64,000 nucleotides of DNA from a bacterium (GTDB taxonomy: Bacteria > Electryoneota > Electryoneia > Electryoneales > Electryoneaceae): NCBI GenBank assembly GCA_963675295.2, contig CAXXKJ010000002.1, positions 2,176,001 to 2,240,000 of the forward strand, given 5' to 3'. Positions within the stretch are counted from its first letter, which is position 1. Every line of letters begins with the position of its first letter. A model generated the notes under the pieces. The model was not told where the DNA came from and did not search any database. It was given only the letters and a program-made list of their open reading frames with translations. Of the stretch, positions 18,075 through 26,717 are shown one piece after another. Made by a program: the position numbers and the translations under genes.

Positions 18075-20486
18075 TTACTCATTCCTCAGCGTCTTCACAG
18101 GATTGACATTCGCGGTGCGGTACGATTGCAGCGCAACCATCACAGCGGCGACGCTCAACAGTGCGCCGAGCACGAGCAGGAACGGCCACGGCGTCAGGTC
18201 GATGTGGTAGGCGTAGCTGTCGAGCCATTGGCGCAGGGCGAACCAGGCGACGGGCCACGCGATCAGGTTACCGATCACGATCAGCCGGGCAAAATCGGCG
18301 AGGATCATCCGGATGATCTGTTTCGTGGACGCCCCCAGCACTTTCCGAATCCCGATTTCCTTGACCCGTTTCGCGACGGTCAGCGACACCACTCCGAGCA
18401 GGCCGGACCCGGCGATGATCATCGCGATCCAGGTGGCGAGGGTGACCGTTGTCCGGGTGGATTGGTCGGCGGCGTAGGTAGCTTCGATGATTTCGTCGAC
18501 GAACACGGTCGAGAACGGTGCCCCGCCGGAGAGGTTTTCCCATGATGCTTCCATCGCGCGCAGACTTTCCTCGACACGTCCCGGCGTCAGTTTCGCGAAC
18601 ACGTACCCGTAAAAGTGCCGATAGCCGATGGATTCGTCCACACCGGCGAGGATCGGTTCGTCGTTCATGAACAGCACCAGCGGTTCGATCGGGGTGTGGA
18701 TCGAGTGGAACGGCGAGTCCTTGATCACGCCGATGATGCGGTGCGGCCCAAAGCTGCCGGGGATCTGGCCGCCGACGGGGTGCTCGAGGCCGTACGCGCG
18801 CACGAACGCTTCGTTCACCAGGATGCCTTCCCGCCGGTCAGCGGGTGAAGTCGGGTCAAAGTTTCGTCCGTCGACAATCTCATAGTCGAACACGTCCACG
18901 AAGGATTCGTCCACCCGGTTGCCCCAGAAGGAGCGCGTGGACCCGTCCGGCAGCGTGTGACGGAACCACGGCCAGCGCCAGCCGAACGAGTTGGACGAAA
19001 CGGCCGCACTTTGCACGCCGGGCAGCGTGGCGAACTCTCGCGCGCACCGTTCGGCGAACTGGTCGATCTGATCAACCGCCATCTCCGGGATGAAGACAGA
19101 CGCGACGGCGTCCTTCTCAATCCCGGCGTGTTGCGCGAGGGTGAAGGTCAGTTGCCGCTGAATCACGAGGCTGGCGATCAACAGGCCGGCGACCAGCGTC
19201 GCCTGCATCACGGACAGGCCACGCATCGCCCGTCCCACCGACCCCATCCCGGTGTCGCGGCGCAGGATACGCGCCGGTGTCGGCCGGGTCAGCACAATCG
19301 CCGGGTAGATTCCTGCCGCGAGGCCGATCATCAGCACCAGCGCGAGCAGCAGCAGGATCAGCGGAAGGTCAGGCTGCAACGCCAGTTCCCGCCCGACCAG
19401 CTCGTTGAACCACGGCAGCGCCAGCTCGACCGTTGCCAACGCGATCGGCACGCAGATCGTGGTCAACAGCACCGACTCTTGCAATGCCGCTGCCCGCAGC
19501 TGCGCCGTCGAGGCCCCGATGGCCTTACGCACACCAACCTCATGAATCCGCCGCAACGCTCGCCCCAATGTTAAAGAGGTCGCGTTCACCGCTGCCATCG
19601 CGACAATCAGCGCCGCCACCAGCAGGAAGGCCAAGCTGTAGAATGGGGAAGAGGAGGGGATCAGTGAATCCGGCCACGACTCCGCGAAGTGCAGGTCGGT
19701 GAGTGGGACGAGGTCATAGGTGACCGTGTCCGCGCCGAACCGTTCCGCGAACCCGAGCTGCTGATACAACGCCGGTAGTTGCGCCGTGACGTCCGCTCGC
19801 GTCACTCCGGGTTCGAGCAGCAGGTACGTTTCCGGATAGACCAGCGTCCAGTCGTCCTCGAACGATCGCGGGATAATCTCAAACAGCTCATCCATCCCGG
19901 CGATCACGGTGAATTCGAGGCTTGAGTTCACCGGTGGATCGGCGACCACCGCTCCGACCTGGTACTCACGGAATTCGTTCCCGATTTGCAGTTCGACGGT
20001 TTGACCAACCGCCGCGTCCGTGTTGAACAATTTGCGCGAGTAACTCTCGGTCAGCACCAGCGTTGCCGGACGCGAGATCGCCGCGCGCGGGTCGCCATGC
20101 AGCGCGTCAAAGCTGAAGATGTCGAACCATTGCGGGTCAACGTAGAACAGGAGTTCGAGCGACGTGACCTCGCGGTGCCGCATAGCCACGTTGCGGTAGG
20201 CCCGGCGCGCGTACATCTCGACGCCGCTGACGTTGTCTGCCAGTGCTGGCCCGGCCGGGAAGCCGGTTGAGACGGTTCCGGACGGCGTTTCCGGATGGGA
20301 ACGATCAAGCTGGTTGACCTGAACAATGCGGTCAGCGTTCTCATGGTATCGGTCCCAGGTCCATTCCTGCGCAACGAAGAGATACGCGTAGATGCAGGCG
20401 GTTAACGCGAGACTCAGCCCGACGATGTTGATCAGCGAATGGACGCCGCCGTTACGGATCGAACGCAGCAGTATGGACAGACGCAT
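18075..20486 (-). CDS. MacB/FtsX-type ABC transporter permease (two FtsX domains)
   Basis: SLINIVGLS, EVGVRKAIGAS, KEIGIRKVLGAS, NPVKTLRNE; no adjacent ATPase gene. Confidence 0.9.
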   Translation of the reverse strand: MRLSILLRSIRNGGVHSLINIVGLSLALTACIYAYLFVAQEWTWDRYHENADRIVQVNQLDRSHPETPSGTVSTGFPAGPALADNVSGVEMYARRAYRNVAMRHREVTSLELLFYVDPQWFDIFSFDALHGDPRAAISRPATLVLTESYSRKLFNTDAAVGQTVELQIGNEFREYQVGAVVADPPVNSSLEFTVIAGMDELFEIIPRSFEDDWTLVYPETYLLLEPGVTRADVTAQLPALYQQLGFAERFGADTVTYDLVPLTDLHFAESWPDSLIPSSSPFYSLAFLLVAALIVAMAAVNATSLTLGRALRRIHEVGVRKAIGASTAQLRAAALQESVLLTTICVPIALATVELALPWFNELVGRELALQPDLPLILLLLALVLMIGLAAGIYPAIVLTRPTPARILRRDTGMGSVGRAMRGLSVMQATLVAGLLIASLVIQRQLTFTLAQHAGIEKDAVASVFIPEMAVDQIDQFAERCAREFATLPGVQSAAVSSNSFGWRWPWFRHTLPDGSTRSFWGNRVDESFVDVFDYEIVDGRNFDPTSPADRREGILVNEAFVRAYGLEHPVGGQIPGSFGPHRIIGVIKDSPFHSIHTPIEPLVLFMNDEPILAGVDESIGYRHFYGYVFAKLTPGRVEESLRAMEASWENLSGGAPFSTVFVDEIIEATYAADQSTRTTVTLATWIAMIIAGSGLLGVVSLTVAKRVKEIGIRKVLGASTKQIIRMILADFARLIVIGNLIAWPVAWFALRQWLDSYAYHIDLTPWPFLLVLGALLSVAAVMVALQSYRTANVNPVKTLRNE

Positions 20487-20746
20487 GAGACTCCCCCGGA
20501 GACCTGGGCTGTTCACGTGGACAACCCGCCGTTGCTAAGTATACACCCTTTGCAATCGGAGGGCCAATTGCGCGGCGTTGCGGCGACACGGCCAGGCTTG
20601 AGTTCAGCGAATCCGGTTAGGTGGATCGTGCACGCGAATGGGCATCAAGTGTTCGTAAATGAACATGTACCTCTGTAAATTGGACGCCGCTGGTTGTAGA
20701 TTTCGGCCAGGGTGCGGGGCCCGGGGAAACAAAGCGTGAGAGTGCG

Positions 20747-21277
20747 GTGGGCAGGTTGCTGCGTGGATTGATGTTGCTGGCGATGCTGGCGAACGGGTTG
20801 TGGTTTTTGCGGAACGTTTTCTGGATCGGCGATCCGGCAACCGCGATTGCGAACAACCCGGACATCCCGGAATTTGCCGCGCCGGGACTGGTGATCGGCA
20901 AGATGGTGGTGTTGCTGATGGTCGGGCTCGACTACATCCTCGCATTCGTCAACATCCTCATGAAACGCTACGAATTCGCCAAGTTCGCGATGTTCGGCAC
21001 CACGTTACTGATCGTCACCTTCTTCATCGAAGCGATGCTCTGGTCGAGCCGCTACTCGGAGATCTGGGAGCCGTTCGCGTGGTGGACGACCATCGGTCTG
21101 CTGCATGTCGGCACCGCCATCTGGTATCTCCGCAACGGGGAGAAGCTGGAAGAGAAGGCGACGTACGCCCGGCTGATGCAGGAGCGTCTGCGGGAAGAAG
21201 AACAGGTGCCGATGGTGACCATGCCCGGTGCGACAAACGGGCAGACCGCTGACGATCATCCGGACACGGAGAGGTAG
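20747..21277 (+). CDS. Hypothetical integral membrane protein
   Basis: Four hydrophobic segments, coding-like codon usage. Confidence 0.65.
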   Translation: MGRLLRGLMLLAMLANGLWFLRNVFWIGDPATAIANNPDIPEFAAPGLVIGKMVVLLMVGLDYILAFVNILMKRYEFAKFAMFGTTLLIVTFFIEAMLWSSRYSEIWEPFAWWTTIGLLHVGTAIWYLRNGEKLEEKATYARLMQERLREEEQVPMVTMPGATNGQTADDHPDTER

Positions 21278-21521
21278 ACAGCGTACGCGGGCGGTTGAAT
21301 CTGGCAGCCAGTACATCCACTTCGTGTGGATCTTCGCGGCGATTCTGAATGCGGTTGTCACTGTGCGGTTGGTTATCCGGAAACGCAAGCCGCTCGAATC
21401 CGAACACACCGGACGCCACTAGCGAGCGTTCAGCAGCCTTGCCCTTTCAGCCACCGGCTCGCATCTCACCGATCACTCCATGCTCCTTGCTGAGCGCCGA
21501 ACGACGAAAGCCACGACCCGA

Positions 21522-21556
21522 GAGACGAGCGACAAGAGACAAGAGACGAGAGACTG
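21522..21556. repeat. Heptamer array (GAGACRA)~5
   Basis: Ends 4 nt before the ATG at 21561. Confidence 0.75.
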
Positions 21557-21560
21557 ACCC

Positions 21561-22160
21561 ATGGCTGATCTCAACCGCTTCGAACACATCGAAGTCACCA
21601 CCCGTGAACAGTGGCGCGAGTGGCTGGCCGCCAACCACGAACGCGACGAAGCGGTCTGGCTGGTGACGTTCAAGAAGCATTGCGGCGAACGATACGTTGA
21701 CTACGGCGCGACGGTGGAGGAGGCGTTGTGCTACGGCTGGGTCGATAGCCACACCCGGCGCGTCGATGAGGACCGCACCAAGCTGCTGTTCTCACCCCGG
21801 CGTCCGGGCAGCCCGTGGTCAAAGTCGAACAAGGATCGGGTCGAACGGCTGATCGCGGCCGGCAAGATGACCCCGGCTGGTCTGACAAAAATCGAGGACG
21901 CGAAACGCGACGGGTCGTGGTCGATTTACGACGACATTGAGGCGGGGATCGAACCGGACGATTTGAAAGCAGCACTGGAGGAAGACCAAGCGGCGGAACA
22001 GCAGTGGTCACGGGTGAGGTTTTCGTCGAAGAAAAACATTCTCTGGTGGATCAAATCGGCGAAGACGGATAAAACCCGCAAAAAACGCATATCCGAAACG
22101 GTGAGTAAGGCGGCAGTCGGCAAGCTGGCTAATCATCCGGCTGGGAGGGATGTTATCTGA
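21561..22160 (+). CDS. YdeI/OmpD-associated (OmdA) family protein
   Basis: WREWLAANH, EEALCYGWVDS, PRRPGSPWS, WIKSAK...TRKKRI. Confidence 0.9.
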   Translation: MADLNRFEHIEVTTREQWREWLAANHERDEAVWLVTFKKHCGERYVDYGATVEEALCYGWVDSHTRRVDEDRTKLLFSPRRPGSPWSKSNKDRVERLIAAGKMTPAGLTKIEDAKRDGSWSIYDDIEAGIEPDDLKAALEEDQAAEQQWSRVRFSSKKNILWWIKSAKTDKTRKKRISETVSKAAVGKLANHPAGRDVI

Positions 22161-22178
22161 GCCCATGTCAAGCAATTA

Positions 22179-22364
22179 CTATGACTTCGCATCGGGAGCG
22201 TTGTTTGAAGAATCGCGCTTTCCACGAATTCGTCCGAGAACAACACCCAGAATTACGCCGAAAATGATACCTGCGGGGATATTATCCACTGAAACACCGA
22301 CGGCTACGCCGACAGCCAAACCAATCGCGATAAAAGCACCCTGCCGTTTGCGGTTCGGATTCAT
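22179..22364 (-). CDS. Small glycine-zipper membrane protein 3
   Basis: 61 aa; GLAVGVAVGVSVDNIPAGIIFG; GGAG upstream. Confidence 0.7.
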   Translation of the reverse strand: MNPNRKRQGAFIAIGLAVGVAVGVSVDNIPAGIIFGVILGVVLGRIRGKRDSSNNAPDAKS

Positions 22365-22397
22365 CCTGGCTCACTCCCTGCATGTATGTAACTGCGG

Positions 22398-22571
22398 TCA
22401 AGGTTTCGGTTTGTCCCTTTTCCGTTTGATCAACCCGAAGAACAGGGCCAATCCCGCGCCGACGGCGATCCCGGCGGCAACGTTCTCCGCCGCAATGCCA
22501 ACCGCGATCCCGGCACCGATACCGAGCAGGCTGTACGGAAAGTTCCACCCGTAGTATTTGCCATCGCCCAT
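22398..22571 (-). CDS. Small glycine-zipper membrane protein 2 (57 aa, not in ORF track)
   Basis: Manual translation MGDGKYYGWNFPYSLLGIGAGIAVGIAAENVAAGIAVGAGLALFFGLIKRKRDKPKP; AGGAGG RBS. Confidence 0.75.
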   Translation of the reverse strand: MGDGKYYGWNFPYSLLGIGAGIAVGIAAENVAAGIAVGAGLALFFGLIKRKRDKPKP

Positions 22572-22595
22572 GGGTTACCTCCTCAGACGGATCGC

Positions 22596-22850
22596 TTAGT
22601 CAGTCTTGTTGTCATCCGTTGACGGATCATCATCCTCACTCGTAGGACGGCTCGACTCTGCCATCCGTTTCTTGTTGATCCTGCGGCTGGTCTCCGCCGC
22701 GCCGGATCCGAAGATCAGGGCAAACAGGATTCCCAGCGCAAGGTTGTCCAGCAACAGACCGAATGCGATCCCGATAATCACACCACCGAGGCTCAAACCG
22801 GCATTCGGTTTGGCTTTGGCCGGGGTATCTTGTTTGGTTGGCTCCGTCAT
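22596..22850 (-). CDS. Small glycine-zipper membrane protein 1
   Basis: 84 aa; GVIIGIAFGLLLDNLALGILFALIFG; AAGGA RBS. Confidence 0.7.
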   Translation of the reverse strand: MTEPTKQDTPAKAKPNAGLSLGGVIIGIAFGLLLDNLALGILFALIFGSGAAETSRRINKKRMAESSRPTSEDDDPSTDDNKTD

Positions 22851-22864
22851 GCTGTTCCTTGCTG

Positions 22865-24124
22865 CTATTCCGGCTTGTTCACCGCGAGGAAACGGGCGAT
22901 GTCAAATTCGCCCTCCGACTTCGCGACAACCGTCGTGGTCATCAGGTCGCCAGCGATATTGACGGCAGTCCGTGTCATGTCGAGCAGACGGTCAACGCCG
23001 AGAATGATCCCGATCCCTTCAATCGGCAGACCGATCTCGGTCAGCACCATCGACAGCATGATCAGGCCGACTCCGGGCACACCGGCGGTGCCGATCGACG
23101 CGAGCGTCGCCATCATCACCACGGTCAGGAAGTTTCCGAGTGTGAGATCGATGCCGTACACATTGGCGATGAACACCGTCGCGACGCCCTGCATGATCGC
23201 GGTGCCGTCCATATTGATCGTCGCACCGAGCGGCAGCGTGAACGAGTAGATCGATTCCTTCGCGCCGAGACGGCTTCCGGCGACGTTCATCGTCACCGGC
23301 AGAGTCGCGTTGGAGGATGAGGTCGAAAATGCCACCAGCATCGCCGGCCAGATGTTGGCGTAGAAGCGCCACGGGTTCAATTTCGTGAAGATGAACAGAT
23401 ACAGCGGGTAAATGATCAGGCCGTGCAACGCCAGAGCACCGACGACACAGAACATGTACTTCAGCAGCGGGACAAACACCGCGAACCCTTCACCCGCAAC
23501 CACTTTCGCGATCAGGCCGAACACACCAATCGGCGCGTACCACATGATCAGCACCACCATCGCCTGAATCACCTGATCGAGGGATTCGAGGCCACGCATC
23601 AACGGGTCCGCTTTCTTCCCGATCTTCGCAATCGCAAGCCCGGCGAGGATCGCGAAGAAGATGATCTGCAGCATGTTCCCGTCCGCCATCGAGGCGACGG
23701 GATTCGTCGGCACGATATCAACGATGATGTCCATCACGAACGGCGATTCGCCGCCTTGGAAGTCGCCGTCCACCGGAATGTCGAGGTTCGTGCCGGGATG
23801 GACCGTCGTCGCGAGGATAAAGCCGATCGAAATCGCAATAGCGGTGGTGGTGAGGTAGATCCCCATCGTCTTGCCGCCGATCCGCCCGAGCTTGCTCAGG
23901 TCGCCGATCGCGGCGGTACCGAGGGTTAACGAGACAAGCACCAGCGGCACGACCATCAGCCGGATCGCGTTGAGGAAGATCTTCCCGAGCGGGTTGTGCA
24001 CCCACTTGATGATCGCTTCGTTGACATCGGCGGGGAGGGTCAGGTACTGGATCAGGCCGACAACAATTCCTGCGCCCAGCCCGATCAGGATCCAACGTGT
24101 CAGTTTTCCGGCGGCGAGTTTCAC
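22865..24124 (-). CDS. Dicarboxylate/amino acid:cation symporter (DAACS, GltP-like)
   Basis: AFSTSSSNATLP, PLGATINMDG, SIGTAGVPG, DRLLDMTRT; GTG start overlaps upstream stop. Confidence 0.93.
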   Translation of the reverse strand: MKLAAGKLTRWILIGLGAGIVVGLIQYLTLPADVNEAIIKWVHNPLGKIFLNAIRLMVVPLVLVSLTLGTAAIGDLSKLGRIGGKTMGIYLTTTAIAISIGFILATTVHPGTNLDIPVDGDFQGGESPFVMDIIVDIVPTNPVASMADGNMLQIIFFAILAGLAIAKIGKKADPLMRGLESLDQVIQAMVVLIMWYAPIGVFGLIAKVVAGEGFAVFVPLLKYMFCVVGALALHGLIIYPLYLFIFTKLNPWRFYANIWPAMLVAFSTSSSNATLPVTMNVAGSRLGAKESIYSFTLPLGATINMDGTAIMQGVATVFIANVYGIDLTLGNFLTVVMMATLASIGTAGVPGVGLIMLSMVLTEIGLPIEGIGIILGVDRLLDMTRTAVNIAGDLMTTTVVAKSEGEFDIARFLAVNKPE

Positions 24125-24528
24125 GAGCTCCTCTTCTGCAACGATCCGACGATCAACAAGATCCACGCGGCGAGAAACGCGATCCCGCCGAACGGTGTAA
24201 TCATCCCCAGCCACGAAATATCAGTCACAGCATAGATGTACAGACTACCCGAAAACAGGACGATCCCTTCCACAAACAGCCATCCCGCCCAACGCAGGGC
24301 ACTGTTCGATTTCCAGAAGAACAGCAGCGCCAGCGCGAGCAACGCGACAGTATGAACCATCTGGTACTTGACCGCGGTTTCCCAGATCTTCAGTTGATCA
24401 GCGGAGATCGCGTTTTCCAACAGGTGCGCGCCGAACGCTCCCAGCGCGACCATAAGGAAGCCGCTGATACCGGCGAGGGTGATGAACGTTCGTGCGGATG
24501 CGGGCAGCGGCATGGACGGTGCGTTCAT
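24121..24528 (-). CDS. DUF423 (YgdD/TMEM256) membrane protein
   Basis: VALGAFGAH, TAVKYQMVH, LFSGSLY, ITPFGG. Confidence 0.9.
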   Translation of the reverse strand: MNAPSMPLPASARTFITLAGISGFLMVALGAFGAHLLENAISADQLKIWETAVKYQMVHTVALLALALLFFWKSNSALRWAGWLFVEGIVLFSGSLYIYAVTDISWLGMITPFGGIAFLAAWILLIVGSLQKRSS

Positions 24529-24718
24529 GTGTGCGGGCTCCTTTGCAGGGGACGTTGCTGTGTCAGCTGGCTGTTTGTACGTGATGGTGGACCTGATTGT
24601 GTATAGCGACTGTAATGGGTCGCTTGAAGATACACACAGGCGTTGCCGGTGCAAGGGCAGGGGATGAGATCTGGCGAAAGTACGGATCGATTCTTTGCAG
24701 TATCTGCTTCAGTTGTTT

Positions 24719-25053
24719 TGCCCTCGGGCTTAGTCAGCGGACCACCTGCGGTAGCCGACGAACAAGACCGTCGGTTAATCACGGCCACCAGGACATGCCC
24801 TCGGGCTTCAGCCCGGGATCATCTGTCAGTCAAGCATCTACAGAATCCACGTCCTCGGACCTCAGTCCGGGGCATACCGTTCTTGCCCATGAAATGCTGA
24901 TGCCCGCGGGAGCTTCTGTTTGCTACCGCGGCTGATCCGGAGGTGGATAACCCTGGGGTATAAGTTTGGGACACTTTGTCCCCAAAGTGTCCCAGGTCTT
25001 GTCTATCCCCAAAGTGTCCCCGGTTCCCGCTATTACCACGGACTTAAGTCCGT
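24719..25053. repeat. Composite cluster of REP-like palindromes (families B, C, D)
   Basis: B at 24797 and 24851, C at 24898, D (GGGACACTTTG..CAAAGTGTCCC) at 24967 and partial at 25008. Confidence 0.85.
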
Positions 25054-26667
25054 CAGACTGCTGACAAACCCCGTCATTTGATGGGGTTTGTTTTGTATTC
25101 ACACGGCACATCCTACTGGTTGGATTTGTGGTGTAGTTGGCAGGTTGTGTTTGGTTCTTCGCTCGATTTTTCTATCGAGACCGTTGAGCGTGGTGCGCTG
25201 GGATAGAAGACCGGCTAAATAGGTCCATAGTCTTGAGATAGAGGGGTGTTTCGCCATTGTCATGGCGATCTTCTTCATGTTCTGGCAGGCGGCGGACAGC
25301 AGGCATTGTTCACGTGCTCCGGCTATCGAGCGCAGCCGGGCATAGCGATGGCCATACAGTTGTTTGGCTTCGCCGAAGCTGCGTTCGACCGTCTCCCGTC
25401 GTCGCCGGTACGTGGCCCGTCCGCGTTCTGTCCGAGCGGTCGCGATCATCTTTTCACGGCTGGCCTGCCACACGTGCCGGGTGACCACCTTGCGGTGATT
25501 GGCGCTTTCGGTGCATTGCTGCAACAGGGGACAGAGGACACAGCACGACGGGTCGGAAACATATTCCTGGTAGCCTTCACGTGTCGTCGTGCGATACGGT
25601 AGTGTCTGGCCGCCGGGACAGTGGTAGACATCCCCCAGCGAATCGTACACAAACAGTCGTTTTGCCAGCATTCCCTTCTTGCGTGTCGTACGTACCGAGC
25701 CGATCACGCCGTCGATCTTTCGATCCTCCAGCCCCTTGCAGATGGCGGCGGTATTGTAGCCGGCGTCGAGACCGACCCTTTCCACCGGGAAGTGGAATTT
25801 GCGAATCTGTGTGTCGAGACGCTCGAGGTAGGGGGTGCTGTCATGTACATTGCCGGGGGTGACATGCGTGTCGGTGATGATTCCGGCCTTGTTGTCTACG
25901 GTACGGTGGTCAAGGTAGAAAAAGCCCTGCGGCTTGCCGTCCCGGACCATGAAGCCGCTGTCCGGATCGGTGGTGCTGACCTTGATTTCCTTTGTCGCCG
26001 GCGGTGATGAATCGTCATTGTCACGTTTCTTCAGTGGCTTTTTGCCATGCGCCAGGCGATCCGCATCCACCGCCTCTTCCAGATCGGACAGATACGACTT
26101 CGTCGCCACTGTCACCTGCCGCTTCTTGAACTTCTTCTTGTTCGCGCTGGCTTTCAGGTGCGTCGAATCGGTGAACAAGACCCGGCCATCGACCAGGCCA
26201 CGACGGATCGCCAGCAGCACGATCTCGTCGAAGATCTCCTGGAAGATGGTGCTTTCACGGAAACGGCGTCGTCGATTCTGGCTGATCGTGGACGCGTCCG
26301 GCACCTTGTCACGCAGATCCAGCCCGAGGAACCAGCGATAGGCAACATTGACCTGGATCTCACGCACCAGCTGACGCTCGGACCGAATTCCGTACAGGTA
26401 ACCGATGAACAACATCTTGAACAGAAGGACAGGGTCAACAGCCGGACGGCCATTGTCGGCGCTGTAGAGATGCTTTACACGATCCCGGATAAACGAAAAA
26501 TCAATTGCCGCATCAATCTTCCGCAAAAGATGATCGTCCGGGACCAAATCGTCAATGTAAATAAGCTCCGCTGCGCTTTGATGAGCTTTGGAAGTAGGTA
26601 GCATCTACAAAGATACAAAACAAATCCCCACAGGTCGAGAGCCCGTGGGGACTTTGTCAGCAGTCTG
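25054..26667 (-). mobile_element. IS1182-family insertion sequence
   Basis: IRs CAGACTGCTGACAAA (25054-25068) / TTTGTCAGCAGTCTG (26653-26667); flanking duplicate ACGGACTTAAGTCCGT. Confidence 0.92.
25099..26604 (-). CDS. IS1182-family DDE transposase
   Basis: LVPDDHLLRKID, GRPAVDP, GIRSERQL, DSTHLKASA, STTDPDSG, DAGY, TVERSF. Confidence 0.95.
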   Translation of the reverse strand: MLPTSKAHQSAAELIYIDDLVPDDHLLRKIDAAIDFSFIRDRVKHLYSADNGRPAVDPVLLFKMLFIGYLYGIRSERQLVREIQVNVAYRWFLGLDLRDKVPDASTISQNRRRRFRESTIFQEIFDEIVLLAIRRGLVDGRVLFTDSTHLKASANKKKFKKRQVTVATKSYLSDLEEAVDADRLAHGKKPLKKRDNDDSSPPATKEIKVSTTDPDSGFMVRDGKPQGFFYLDHRTVDNKAGIITDTHVTPGNVHDSTPYLERLDTQIRKFHFPVERVGLDAGYNTAAICKGLEDRKIDGVIGSVRTTRKKGMLAKRLFVYDSLGDVYHCPGGQTLPYRTTTREGYQEYVSDPSCCVLCPLLQQCTESANHRKVVTRHVWQASREKMIATARTERGRATYRRRRETVERSFGEAKQLYGHRYARLRSIAGAREQCLLSAACQNMKKIAMTMAKHPSISRLWTYLAGLLSQRTTLNGLDRKIERRTKHNLPTTPQIQPVGCAV

Positions 26668-26717
26668 ACGGACTTAAGTCCGTGGTAATAGGTTTACTCA
26701 CATCTCACTCCTCACAC

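Noticed and set aside
21228-21422. Small hydrophobic ORF after the membrane protein gene
   Set aside because: No convincing start or RBS; may be a remnant but cannot be supported
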